Positions 47,609 through 57,152 of a DNA stretch of 64,000 nucleotides are shown here, piece after piece. The translations under genes and the position numbers were made by a program. Every line of letters starts with the position of its first letter. Positions within the stretch are counted from its first letter, which is position 1. Source of the stretch: an uncultured Granulicella sp. (GTDB lineage Bacteria > Acidobacteriota > Terriglobia > Terriglobales > Acidobacteriaceae); the NCBI GenBank assembly GCA_965198885.1, contig OZ240677.1:2538085-2602084 (forward strand). The letters are read 5' to 3'. The notes under the pieces were generated by a model, which saw nothing but the letters and a program-made list of their open reading frames with translations, searched no databases and had not been told where the DNA came from.

Positions 47609-48511
47609 TTAGTAGCCGGGGCCGTATCCGTAGCGATAGGCCGGCGGGGGATAGCCGTAGGGGATGAAGACTCGGGGGGCTGGGGGTGGATAGTGGTAGA
47701 CGACCTGAGGCTGCGGTTGGCCGCCGTAGACTACGGTGGTCTGCTGCTGCTGTTGCGGCGGCGCGTAGTTCATCTGCGGTGGGGAGCTGTAGTTGTTCAG
47801 GATGATCTGCTGGGGCGGATTGTACTGCTGTTGAGGAGCGTAGTTCTGTTGGGGAGCGTAGCTGGGATTGTACTGGGGTTGGGGGGCGTACTGCGGCTGA
47901 GGGGCGTATTGGGGCTGGCGCTCGATCAGGGCAGTCTGCTGGTGGGGGTAGTCGGTGGGGCCGGGAATGCCTAGGTCGTCCATGAGCTTGAGGGTGAGGC
48001 GGGTCTCAGGCTTAAGGACGGGGCGGGGACCGCGACGCGGGAGATTGATGAGGTCGATGGGCCAGAGGACGGGGATCAGCCACTCGACGGTGTCGCGGAC
48101 GGGATGGCCGTTGCCAAGGATCTTGCCGTCGCGGTCCACGTTGTAGTGAGGCACTTCAACGACGCGGGCATCGAGGGGAATCTCGACGTCCGGCTCGATG
48201 ACCATGTGATCGAAGCGGAGCTCCATCCAGCCTTTGCCGACGAAGTGGCCGGGATCTTTGTAGGCTTCGAAGTGTCCGACGAGATAGCTGTTGTAGGGAA
48301 GGACGGATCTTCCGTGGAGTTCGACGTGGCTAAGTTTGCAGAGCACGGGGTCGCCAATGGCCGTCGTCTTCGAGGAGATCTTTCCCTCCGCGACGTTGCA
48401 TTGGATGAGGGAACCGGCTGGCACCAGCTGCTCCGTCGCGTAGCTTGCGAGGGGCGCGGAGAGCAGGGCCAGGGTTATAGCGGAGACGGCGGATTTCGTG
48501 CTCAACAGCAT
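47609..48511 (-). CDS. Secreted hypothetical protein (TrbI/VirB10-like beta domain, then a Gln/Pro/Tyr-rich repeat tail)
   Basis: Signal peptide ending LASYA; GHFVGKGWMELRFD...PETRLTLKL; repeats PQYAPQPQYAPQPQYNP. Confidence 0.7.
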   Translation of the reverse strand: MLLSTKSAVSAITLALLSAPLASYATEQLVPAGSLIQCNVAEGKISSKTTAIGDPVLCKLSHVELHGRSVLPYNSYLVGHFEAYKDPGHFVGKGWMELRFDHMVIEPDVEIPLDARVVEVPHYNVDRDGKILGNGHPVRDTVEWLIPVLWPIDLINLPRRGPRPVLKPETRLTLKLMDDLGIPGPTDYPHQQTALIERQPQYAPQPQYAPQPQYNPSYAPQQNYAPQQQYNPPQQIILNNYSSPPQMNYAPPQQQQQTTVVYGGQPQPQVVYHYPPPAPRVFIPYGYPPPAYRYGYGPGY

Positions 48512-48863
48512 AGAGCCTCCAGTTTCACAGGTCTTCGAAGGGCCTGTGTTCACGAACTGATTGCGTTCACTCGGCGGGTAAGCGCCGGCAGAGATGGGAG
48601 TGATCGAGCGTAAAAGCGTTCGCTTGCGGACTACTCTAAGCAGGGCCTGAGAGCGCGTCAATACTGCTTGGAGAGCAAAATTTCCGGCGAGGAGTTCGGG
48701 CTTTCGAACCCGGGATTGCGGAGAAAAGTTCCGGAGGGTGGTGAATTATTTCTGAGTGCGCTGGACTCCCACCCTGGTTTATTGCGCAAAATATTCAAAC
48801 GATGGGACTTAGGCTCGTATCAACCTTCGTCACTCCGGGAAAGTTACTTGGAGGGTGGACGAG

Positions 48864-50723
48864 TCAGTTAGAGGAGGTAAGGTCGCAGTGCTGGCCGGCG
48901 TAGGTGCCGCGGGTGACGAAGAGGCGGAGCTGGGGGTCGTCGGGATTGAGCAGTTGGAGACGCTGAAGGAGTTGGCGGGCTGCCTGCTTGTAGCCTAGCT
49001 TGCAGTCGATGAAGGCGAGATTGAGGCCGGCTGGGGTTTGGCTGGGGTCGGCCTGGATGAGGCGTTCGAGAAGGGCGATGCCCTCCGGAAGGTGGCCGGT
49101 TGAGGCGTCGAGGACGCCGAGGTTGGCGAGGGCGGCGGGCTCGTAGGGGTTCTGCTTGAGGGCGGCGAGATAGGCGGAGCGGGCGTATTGGGGCTGATTG
49201 TTGAGCTGGTAGAGGAAGCCTTGCTGGGTGCCCATGTCGGCGTCGAGTGGAGTGAGGTCGGCGGCGTGGGTGAGGAGGCGGAGGGCCTGCTCGCCGAAGT
49301 ACTGGTTGCCGTGGGCGGCGAGCTGGGCGTAGGCCATGCCGTACTCGGCTTCCGTGGCGTGAACCTGGCCGACGGGGATGAGCTCGTCGTGAGTGGGGAG
49401 GGTGGCGGGGCGGGTATGGTGGGGGGCGATCTCGATGTCGTGGTCGGTGGACTGCTCGTGGGAGATATCCGAGGTGTCGCGGGTGGGCATGTGGCAGGAG
49501 GCGCAGTTCTGCTGCTCGGGATGGTGAGTGGTGGCGATGGCGGGGGTGGTGTGGCAGGCGAGGCAGCGGTTGCGGAAGTACTGGACGCGTTCTGCGGGTG
49601 AGGGGCTGGAGTGGGGGTCGTGGCAGGTGGTGCAGGTGAGCTTGTCGCCGCTGGCGCGTTTGCAGGCGCTGCGCAGGAGGGCTTCATACTGGCTGGTGGC
49701 GCGGGCTCCGCCGGCTTGCTGACTGGCCCGGACGAAGTATACGGCGGTGTCGGCGAGGTCTTCGCCGGGGCGGAACTGGGCGAGGGAGCGGCCGGCCCGG
49801 TAGACGACGGCGTCGCCTTCGAGATGGCACTGGATGCAGGCGCTGTCGCGGCGGATGGGGGTGAGTTTGTCTGGGTTGAGGATCGGGCCTGGTTTGGAGT
49901 TTGGGCCGTTTTGGGCGAGGTGGGCGGTGGGGTCGCCGTGGCAGGCGCTGCAGCCTACGCCGCCCTGGAGGAATGGGGCGGCGGCGAAGCGGTTGCGGGC
50001 TTCGGGGAGCGCGGGCTGGACGTCCGTGGCGTGGCAGTGGAGGCAGTTGGGGTCGGTGGGGAGGACTGCGGGCATGGTCTTGGCGTCGTCGAATGCGGGG
50101 GCCATGTCCCAGGTGTTGCGGTGGGTGTAGAAGTTGATGGGGAGCTCGAACCACTGGCCGTCGAGCTGGTAGAGGTAGGTGCGGCCGCGCTTGCCGGAGC
50201 CGATGAAGTATTCGAGGCGGCGTTCGCCTTCGAGGGCTGGTGAGTCCGCCGTGGCGGGACGAAAGAAGGACATCCAGTCGGCGTTGTCGCGGGCGAAGAC
50301 GCGGTAGTCGATATTGGAGGGGGAATGGTGGGTGTGGCCGGGCTGGAAGGCGTCGGCGGCGAGGCCGGAGCCGCGGGCCATGGGGGTCTGTTCGTAGTGG
50401 TCGTAGATGGATTGGTGGCAGGTGGCGCACACGGCGTCTGGGTTGGCTAGGTGGGTGGGTTCCCCTGACCGGACGGATTGCCGGAAAGAGCTAGATTCTC
50501 GCGCGAAATGGGATGTGGTCGAGGTGGTTTCGGCCGCTTGGGGGTCCTTCGACTGCGGTTGGCGCAGAGCCGCCAACCTCCGCTCAGGATGACTACCACC
50601 TTTTGGTTCAGGAAGAACGGAGGCGAGGACGGGTTGCGGGTGGCGAGCGAGGGCTAAGGCGAAGGTGAGGCTGGCTAGCATCAGCGCCAGAGCTGCGATG
50701 CGGGCTGCGAGACGGGGGGTCAC
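48864..50723 (-). CDS. Multiheme cytochrome c (7 CxxCH) fused to C-terminal TPR repeats
   Basis: CATCH, CLHCH, CSACH, CIQCH, CTTCH, CLACH, CASCH; N-terminal hydrophobic leader; TPR-like ALANLG/AGLNLA. Confidence 0.88.
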   Translation of the reverse strand: MTPRLAARIAALALMLASLTFALALARHPQPVLASVLPEPKGGSHPERRLAALRQPQSKDPQAAETTSTTSHFARESSSFRQSVRSGEPTHLANPDAVCATCHQSIYDHYEQTPMARGSGLAADAFQPGHTHHSPSNIDYRVFARDNADWMSFFRPATADSPALEGERRLEYFIGSGKRGRTYLYQLDGQWFELPINFYTHRNTWDMAPAFDDAKTMPAVLPTDPNCLHCHATDVQPALPEARNRFAAAPFLQGGVGCSACHGDPTAHLAQNGPNSKPGPILNPDKLTPIRRDSACIQCHLEGDAVVYRAGRSLAQFRPGEDLADTAVYFVRASQQAGGARATSQYEALLRSACKRASGDKLTCTTCHDPHSSPSPAERVQYFRNRCLACHTTPAIATTHHPEQQNCASCHMPTRDTSDISHEQSTDHDIEIAPHHTRPATLPTHDELIPVGQVHATEAEYGMAYAQLAAHGNQYFGEQALRLLTHAADLTPLDADMGTQQGFLYQLNNQPQYARSAYLAALKQNPYEPAALANLGVLDASTGHLPEGIALLERLIQADPSQTPAGLNLAFIDCKLGYKQAARQLLQRLQLLNPDDPQLRLFVTRGTYAGQHCDLTSSN

Positions 50724-52555
50724 GGGGTCGGTGCCGGGGTGGATTGGAGGGCGGCGGCGCGCTGGCGTTCTATGACAGAGGCTCGCTGGCGTTCGAGGGC
50801 GGCTTCGGCTGGTTTGCCCTGGCGTTCGAGGGCTTCGGCGAGGAGGGTGTGGGGATCGGCGAGTTTGGGGTCGGCGGCGGTGGCGGCGTTGAGCTGAACG
50901 ATGGCTTCGGGGAGCTTGCCTTGTTCGAGCAGGGTGCGGCCGCTGCGGAGGGCGAAGGTGGCGCGCTGCTGGCTGACGGCGGAGCGGCTGAGGTCGGAGG
51001 CGAGCTTGCGTTCGGAGATGGCCTGGTCGGCATGGCCGGTCTTGACGTAGAGGGCGGCGAGCTGGACGTGGAGGCTGGGCTGCTCGGGCTGGAGGGCGAT
51101 GGCGTGCTGGAGGGCGTCGATGGCGCCGGGGGTGTCGCCGGAGTCTTTGAGGACGCCGCCGAGGACGGCCCAGGCCTGACCGTTCGAGGGCTGGAGGGTG
51201 GTGGCTTTGCGGAGCTGGGTTGCGGCGTCTGCGTACTTGCCCTGCTGCATGAAGATGATGCCGAGGGTGTAGCCGGGGTCGGGGAGGGTGGGGTCGAGTT
51301 CGGCGGCGCGCTGGAGCTCGGGGATGGCCCGGGCGAGGTCGTCTTTGAGCTTGAAGGCGAGGCCTAGATCGTAATGGAGCTGGGCGGATTGCGGATCTTG
51401 CTGAAGGCCGGCGCGGAACTGCTCGATGGCGTGGTCGAGGTCGGCTTTCTGGAGGTAGGCAACGCCATAGTCTTCGCGGAGGGTAGGGGAGTCGGGTCCG
51501 AGGGCGAGGGCTTTGGCGTAAAGGGGAAGTGCGCCTGCTGCGTCGCCGGTCTGGACTTTGGCGAGGGCGTAGTTGGTGAGGGCGGGGCTACCGAGGATGG
51601 GGGTTTCGGTGGCGGCGGCGAAGAGCGGGAGCGAGGCGAGGGAGTCGCCGCTGGCTTCCAGGGCAAGGGCGAGGGCGTAAGTTGCCGGGGGTGGGATCTG
51701 CGGAGTGCGGAGTTCGGCGGCGCGGTGGAGGGCGGTGAGGGCTTCGGCGTCCTGATGGAGGGCGGAGAGGGCACGACCTAGCTGGAGGTGGGCGTCGAAG
51801 TTGTTTGGGGTGGCTGCGATGGCGAGACGTAAAGGTGCCACGGCGGCTTCCGGGTGGCCGAGGAGCAGGGAGGAGACGCCGAGATGGTATTGGGCGAGGG
51901 AGGATGTGGGATCGAGGATGGTGGCTTGCTGGAAGTGGGGGAGGGCCTGGTCTATGTGGTTGGACTGGGCGAGAAGGGTGCCGAGGGCGTCCTGCAAGGG
52001 AGCGGAGTCCGGAGTCTGGGTGACGGCCTGGGTGAGCTGGGACTCGGCGTGGGGGAGGTCTCCGGTGGCGGCGAGGGTGGCGGCGTAGGCGATGAGTTCG
52101 TCTGGGGTGAGGGTGGGTGGGGCAGGCGAGGCGAGGGCCTGGCGGAAGAGGGTGAGGGCTTCGGTTGGATGACCGAGGGCGGCCTGGGTGCGAGCGAGAT
52201 TGAGGGTGGTGGGCAGGTCGTCGGAGCTGAGTTGATGGGCGGTCTGGAGCTCTTGCAGGGCGGATTGGAGGTCGCCCTGGGTGAGCAGGATGGAGCCGAG
52301 GGCGGCGTGGGCGGGCTCGGCCTGAGGAGCGAGTTCGACGGCGCGGGCGAACTGTACGTGGGCGGTGGCGAGGTCATTGCGGCCGGCGGCTTCGATGCCG
52401 GCGCGCATGGCCTCGGAGGCTGCGGCGAAGGCGGCTGGTGTTGGCGGAGGGATGGATTGCTGGGCGGCGGACGTCGGAAGGATCGAGACCAGGTTCAGCG
52501 CACCGATGAGACACAGGAGAGATACTCGGCGGGCAGATGGAGAGAGAGCGGGCAT
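50720..52555 (-). CDS. Exported tetratricopeptide-repeat protein
   Basis: Signal peptide; many TPR units (AHAALGSILL, AQYHLGV, AHLQLGRAL, LHYDLGLAF, GYTLGIIF); 4 bp overlap with the cytochrome gene. Confidence 0.88.
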   Translation of the reverse strand: MPALSPSARRVSLLCLIGALNLVSILPTSAAQQSIPPPTPAAFAAASEAMRAGIEAAGRNDLATAHVQFARAVELAPQAEPAHAALGSILLTQGDLQSALQELQTAHQLSSDDLPTTLNLARTQAALGHPTEALTLFRQALASPAPPTLTPDELIAYAATLAATGDLPHAESQLTQAVTQTPDSAPLQDALGTLLAQSNHIDQALPHFQQATILDPTSSLAQYHLGVSSLLLGHPEAAVAPLRLAIAATPNNFDAHLQLGRALSALHQDAEALTALHRAAELRTPQIPPPATYALALALEASGDSLASLPLFAAATETPILGSPALTNYALAKVQTGDAAGALPLYAKALALGPDSPTLREDYGVAYLQKADLDHAIEQFRAGLQQDPQSAQLHYDLGLAFKLKDDLARAIPELQRAAELDPTLPDPGYTLGIIFMQQGKYADAATQLRKATTLQPSNGQAWAVLGGVLKDSGDTPGAIDALQHAIALQPEQPSLHVQLAALYVKTGHADQAISERKLASDLSRSAVSQQRATFALRSGRTLLEQGKLPEAIVQLNAATAADPKLADPHTLLAEALERQGKPAEAALERQRASVIERQRAAALQSTPAPTP

Positions 52556-52570
52556 GAGGCTGGGCAGACG

Positions 52571-53149
52571 CTAGTGAGCGGGCGGGACAGGGTAGATGGC
52601 GACGAAGTTTCGGCCGGAGTAGAGGCGGAACTGACCGGCGGTGTAGGGATCGGGGACGAGCTGCATGGGATTGGGGCGGGCGAGCGCGGCGTCGTGGGTT
52701 GCGGGGACGGTAAACAAGGTATTGCCGCCGAGGTCGAGGACGATGAAGCGCTCGTTGGAGAGGAAGCCGAATCCGTAGGCTCCGGGGGGGAGCCTCTTTT
52801 CGCCCATCTCAATGGGGACTTCGGTGAGGAGGTAGGCCTGGTAGCTCTCCTGGACTGCGGAGGAGTAACCGGAGGTGTCGACCGTGGCGACGAGGACGAG
52901 CTTGTCTCCATCCTTTGCGGGGAGCTTGAGGCCGGCGGAGTTGCGGGCCTGGATGGAGGCGGTGCGGCCATGGAAGAAGACGGAGGATGGCAGGAGCGGG
53001 GCGGCCTGGTCGCGGGTGAGGACTATGATTGCGGTCGCTGCGGGCGCGGAGGTTAGGACGGGCGCGGGAGACTGGGCGGAGAGGATCAGGCTTGGCGGGA
53101 GGAGCAGGAAGAGCAGGAGGGAGAACCTGCGTGGAAGGCGAGTCTGCAT
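52571..53149 (-). CDS. Secreted conserved hypothetical protein
   Basis: Signal peptide MQTRLPRRFSLLLFLLL...LSA; VDTSGYSS, LPPGAYGFGF; first gene of the TPR operon. Confidence 0.7.
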   Translation of the reverse strand: MQTRLPRRFSLLLFLLLPPSLILSAQSPAPVLTSAPAATAIIVLTRDQAAPLLPSSVFFHGRTASIQARNSAGLKLPAKDGDKLVLVATVDTSGYSSAVQESYQAYLLTEVPIEMGEKRLPPGAYGFGFLSNERFIVLDLGGNTLFTVPATHDAALARPNPMQLVPDPYTAGQFRLYSGRNFVAIYPVPPAH

Positions 53150-53222
53150 CGTCTGGTTATAGTACGGAACGGCGAAGAGGGGTGGCAAGGTAGAATGGGG
53201 CCGCTTTGCGTGAGGTGATGGA

Positions 53223-55706
53223 TTGCGGGTTCTGCTTGGGTTGGGTTTGATCGGGATGCTGGCGGGAGTGGGGTTGGCGCAGGGTCCGTCGACGGAGATG
53301 CATGCGGTGGCGGCGTTTCCGATGAACGAGGAGGGGCTGTATATCCATCGGCATGTGGCGGCGGGGGAGCCGTTTACGGTGGCCGGGCCGCAGGGTGTGG
53401 TGCTGGGGGAACAGCAGGGGACGTTCGAGGCGTGGGTGCTGCCGGTGAAGCTGCTGAGCCACCTGACGATCGAGGCGCAGGTGGAGGGGTATGCGGTGCC
53501 GCTGGATTTGAACACGATGGCCCGGGAGATTGAGGTGCGGCCGGATCGGACGACGATCACGTACTCGCATATTGCGGTGACGGTGCGGCAGACGATGTTT
53601 GCGGCGGATGCCATGCCGGAGGGGACGGGGGCGGTGGTGATGTTCGCCGTGGACTCGGCGCGGCCGGTGGAGCTGACGCTGCGGTTTACGGGGGAGATGC
53701 GGGAGATGTGGCCGAAGCTGAGCAGCGGCGTGCCTTCGGCGGAGTGGGTGGCTCGGGGGAAGTCTGGGTTCTATGTGCTGCATACGGATTACGACAACCT
53801 GAGTGGGGCGGTGGCGCTGCCGGGGGCGACTCCGGGGATCATGGCTCCGTACCAGGAACGGCCGCAGGTGCATCCGCTGGAGTTTCACCTGCATGTGGAT
53901 CCGAAGGTGGATAACGGGAAGATGTATCCGCTGCTGATGGCGGTGGGGCGGACGAAGGAGACGGCTTCGACGGCTGCGTTGGAAGCGAAGATGAGGGAGG
54001 TGGATGAGGGGCTGGCGGGAATCTATGCGGCGCATGCGGCTCGATATAAGGCGCAAGCGGAGGAGTTGACGAGCATTCAGACGCCGGATCTGCGGTTGAA
54101 TGAGGATTTTTCGTGGGCGGTGACTTCGATCGGGCAGCTAAGGGCGAAGGCTCAGCCGACGGGGGAGATTGGGTTGGTGGCGGGGTATTACAGCTCGGGG
54201 GACTCGGCGCGACCGGGGTTTGGATGGTTTTTTGGTCGGGATTCGCTTTACACGCTGTATGCGGTGGACAGCTATGGGGATTTTGGGTTGGCAAAGGCGG
54301 AGCTGGAGTTTTTGATGGCTCGGCAGCGGGCGGATGGGAAGGTGATGCATGAGTACTCGCAGACGGCGGCGGACCTGGATTGGAAGGCGCTTCCGTACTG
54401 GTATGCGGCTGCGGATGCGACGCCGCTGTTCCTGACGACGATGCTGGATTATGTACGGGCGAGTGGGGATGTGGGGTTCCTGGAGGCGCACAAGGACAAG
54501 GTCATGAGTGCGTGGTCGTTTGAGACGACACATGATGCGGATGGCGACGGGATCTATGACAATGCGCAGGGTACGGGGTGGGTGGAGAGCTGGCCTCCGG
54601 GGATGCCGAAGCAGGAGATCTACCTGGCGCTGATGGATCAGCAGGGCTCGGCGGCGATGGGACAACTGGCGCGGCTGTTGAAGGATGGGGCGACTGCGGA
54701 TGCGGCTTCGGCGAGGGCGGGGAAGCTGAGGGGGGTGATTGAGCGGGAGTACTACTCGGCGGAGAAGGATGAGTACGGGTTCAGCCAGGATGGGGGGAAG
54801 ATCGACCGGACGTCTACGGTGTTTCCCACGGTGGCTTGGTGGAATGCGGGGGAGGGGTACGACGCGGGGCTTGGGCATGCGGGGGGGAGCCTGGGGCGTT
54901 GGAGCTCGCATGAGTTTGCGACGGACTGGGGGGCTCGGGATGTGGCAGCGAGCGATCCGATGTATGACCCGATCAGCTATCACCAGGGGTCGGTGTGGCC
55001 GCTGTTTACCGGATGGAATGCGATGGCGCAGTATCGGGGTGGGCGGCCGCTGGCGGGTTACCAAAGCTTGATGGAGAATGCGGATCTAACGGATGCGCAG
55101 GATCTGGGAGCGGTGACGGAGCTGCTATCGGGGGACTTCTTTGAGCCGTTCGGGCGGAGTACGAGCCACCAGCTCTGGTCTTCGGCGATGGTGGTGACGC
55201 CAGCGCTGCGAGGGATGTTCGGGGTGGAGGTGGATGCGGTGGCGGGGACGGTGAAGGTGACGCCGCGGCTGCCGGCGGATTGGGATGCGGCGGAGGTGAA
55301 GCGGCTGCATGTGGGAACGGCGGTGGTCGACCTGGAGTACAGGCGGGAGGGAGGGGCGATGTTGGTGGAGATGAAGCCGGTCTCGGGCGGGCTGGTGAAG
55401 CTGCTCGGTGCGGCGAACGGCTTGCTCCGCGTACCGCTGCCGGGAGTTGAGGTGAGCGTTGGGCATGGGCTGCCGCTTCCGGGTCGCCGGACAGCGCAGA
55501 TGAAGGTACTGAACGAGACGCTGAATGGGCGGGCGATGCGCCTTGAGGTGGAGGGGATCGGGGGGACGAAGGGTCAGTTCAAGATTCGGCGGAACGGGCA
55601 GGTGCAGAGGGTCATGGCGGAGGGTGGGGAGATGAAGGGGGATCAGCTGCTGGTGAAGTTTGAGGGCAGCGGCTATACGCGGTGCGTTGTGACACTCCGC
55701 TGGTGA
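53223..55706 (+). CDS. Secreted (alpha/alpha)6-barrel glycoside hydrolase (amylo-alpha-1,6-glucosidase / GDE C-terminal-like)
   Basis: GWFFGRDSLYT, ADATPLFL, YHQGSVWP, ELLSGDF, HQLWSS; signal peptide. Confidence 0.82.
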   Translation: MRVLLGLGLIGMLAGVGLAQGPSTEMHAVAAFPMNEEGLYIHRHVAAGEPFTVAGPQGVVLGEQQGTFEAWVLPVKLLSHLTIEAQVEGYAVPLDLNTMAREIEVRPDRTTITYSHIAVTVRQTMFAADAMPEGTGAVVMFAVDSARPVELTLRFTGEMREMWPKLSSGVPSAEWVARGKSGFYVLHTDYDNLSGAVALPGATPGIMAPYQERPQVHPLEFHLHVDPKVDNGKMYPLLMAVGRTKETASTAALEAKMREVDEGLAGIYAAHAARYKAQAEELTSIQTPDLRLNEDFSWAVTSIGQLRAKAQPTGEIGLVAGYYSSGDSARPGFGWFFGRDSLYTLYAVDSYGDFGLAKAELEFLMARQRADGKVMHEYSQTAADLDWKALPYWYAAADATPLFLTTMLDYVRASGDVGFLEAHKDKVMSAWSFETTHDADGDGIYDNAQGTGWVESWPPGMPKQEIYLALMDQQGSAAMGQLARLLKDGATADAASARAGKLRGVIEREYYSAEKDEYGFSQDGGKIDRTSTVFPTVAWWNAGEGYDAGLGHAGGSLGRWSSHEFATDWGARDVAASDPMYDPISYHQGSVWPLFTGWNAMAQYRGGRPLAGYQSLMENADLTDAQDLGAVTELLSGDFFEPFGRSTSHQLWSSAMVVTPALRGMFGVEVDAVAGTVKVTPRLPADWDAAEVKRLHVGTAVVDLEYRREGGAMLVEMKPVSGGLVKLLGAANGLLRVPLPGVEVSVGHGLPLPGRRTAQMKVLNETLNGRAMRLEVEGIGGTKGQFKIRRNGQVQRVMAEGGEMKGDQLLVKFEGSGYTRCVVTLRW

Positions 55707-55759
55707 TTCCGAAGCGGAGGCGCTCCAATTGCAGGGGGATTGGGCTATCCCTCTCCGGA

Positions 55760-56059
55760 TTATTGCTCTTCCGTAAGGCTGATGCGGAGGGACTTGAGGA
55801 ACGTGAGATCGTTGGAGGTGAAGGGACCCTCTACGGTTGAACCGTCGGTGAGTAGGGGCACCGTCGGCTCGGGTTCGGGCTCGACTTCATTGAGGCCGAT
55901 GGTGGCTTCGAGCATGAGCATGACGTCGAAACCCTGCTCACGGATGTTTTTGACGACGCCTGCAATGTGCTCAGACTCGGAGACGGACTCGTGAATGGCT
56001 TCGCCGAGTTTCTGGATGAGATTTTTGACTTTTTGATTGACGTTCTGGCTCAATGACAC
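55760..56059 (-). CDS. Small acidic conserved hypothetical protein
   Basis: KVKNLIQKLGEAIHESVSES...GFDVMLMLEATIGLN...FLKSLRISL; helical pattern, C-terminal part of ORF 55760-56194. Confidence 0.65.
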   Translation of the reverse strand: MSLSQNVNQKVKNLIQKLGEAIHESVSESEHIAGVVKNIREQGFDVMLMLEATIGLNEVEPEPEPTVPLLTDGSTVEGPFTSNDLTFLKSLRISLTEEQ

Positions 56060-56254
56060 CTCCGGGCTTGCTTCGCCTTGCTGGATACGGTTGGTTGACT
56101 CGCATCGGGTATTCCCCGGAGGACGTCGGGGAACGGCATTGCGGGTGCGCCGATTGATGTATTCAAGAATACGCTCAGGCGGGGACGGCTGCAATGGCGG
56201 AAAGCGGTAAGCCGGAGGTGCCGTTGGGTGATTCTTCCCATGCTGGGTTGCCGA

Positions 56255-56407
56255 TTAGGCGACGGTGTGATGGTCGGCCCAGGCGTCCTGGAGTTTGTGG
56301 GCGAGATCTGTGACCGGAATAGGCTGCCCAGGGCGTGCAGATTTGCTGATGAGGGCATACAGAGCAGCGGCACCGAGACCGGCGACGAGCCAGACGATTT
56401 TGTTCAT
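56255..56407 (-). CDS. 50 aa membrane-anchored small protein
   Basis: MNKIVWLVAGLGAAALYALI TM, then LAHKLQDAWADHHTVA; GGGAG RBS upstream. Confidence 0.6.
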   Translation of the reverse strand: MNKIVWLVAGLGAAALYALISKSARPGQPIPVTDLAHKLQDAWADHHTVA

Positions 56408-56499
56408 GGTGGTGAGTTCTCCCTTGATGGCGGCGGTGTCGCTGCCGCATGGAGAGGTTGGATGCACAGTTTGGGAGGTGCGGACGGTAGACTTGCGGT

Positions 56500-56922
56500 A
56501 TGGATTCGGTGCGGTTTGGACGGGCTCTGGGGATTGGAGTGAGAGAGGCGGCGAAGGCTGCGGCGAAGGCCGCTGAAGCGGCGGTCGCTCCAGGGGCGGG
56601 CGGCTCTGCGCGGAGTTCCGTGCAGGAGCGGGGGCGGGATGCGATGCAGACGGCGAGGGGATTGAAGGAAGGCGGGCGGCGTTTTGGACAGGCGGCAATG
56701 GCTCCGGTGGCGAAGGCGGGCGGAGTGCTTTGGCATGAGGTGATGGGGGTGCTCTTCGGGCTGTTTGTGCTGGTGGCGGGGGGCGAGGTTTGGCGGGGAC
56801 GGAGCGAGTTGATCCATGGACGGGGGCGGACGCATGAGTGGTTCGCGGTGGCAATGGTAGCGGGGTTCGGCTTCTTTATGGTTTCAAGCTTTTTGAAGGC
56901 GAGGCGGCGAGGGCGGCGGTAA
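56500..56922 (+). CDS. Hypothetical membrane protein, 140 aa
   Basis: MDSVRFGRALGIGVR N-terminus, two C-terminal TM helices, basic tail. Confidence 0.7.
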   Translation: MDSVRFGRALGIGVREAAKAAAKAAEAAVAPGAGGSARSSVQERGRDAMQTARGLKEGGRRFGQAAMAPVAKAGGVLWHEVMGVLFGLFVLVAGGEVWRGRSELIHGRGRTHEWFAVAMVAGFGFFMVSSFLKARRRGRR

Positions 56923-56966
56923 GGGCGGAGAAACAGATGCAGCTAGCCTTCGGGCATAGCATCAGA

Positions 56967-57087
56967 AACGACAACTGCAACTGCCAGGACAAGTGCAACT
57001 GCAACAACAAGCGCAACTGCAACAACAAGCGCAAATGCAACGACAAAAACAACTGCCAAGACTGAGGTTCTTCGCTTCGCTCAGAAG
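56967..57087 (+). repeat. Composite extragenic repeat, copy 2 with expanded hexamer array
   Basis: About 95 bp of degenerate CAACTG/CAACAA/CAAGCG/CAAATG units followed by GAGGTTCTTCGCTTCGCTCAGAA. Confidence 0.8.
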
Positions 57088-57152
57088 GAACGGGTTGGGG
57101 TGCGGGGCGTAGGCGTTCTTTTTGCGGCGAACGAGGGTAAGCTGAGGCGCGG

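Noticed and set aside
56967-57087. CRISPR array or RiPP precursor
   Set aside because: Units are degenerate 6-mers with no unique spacers, no cas genes are present, and no leader peptide or maturase is adjacent
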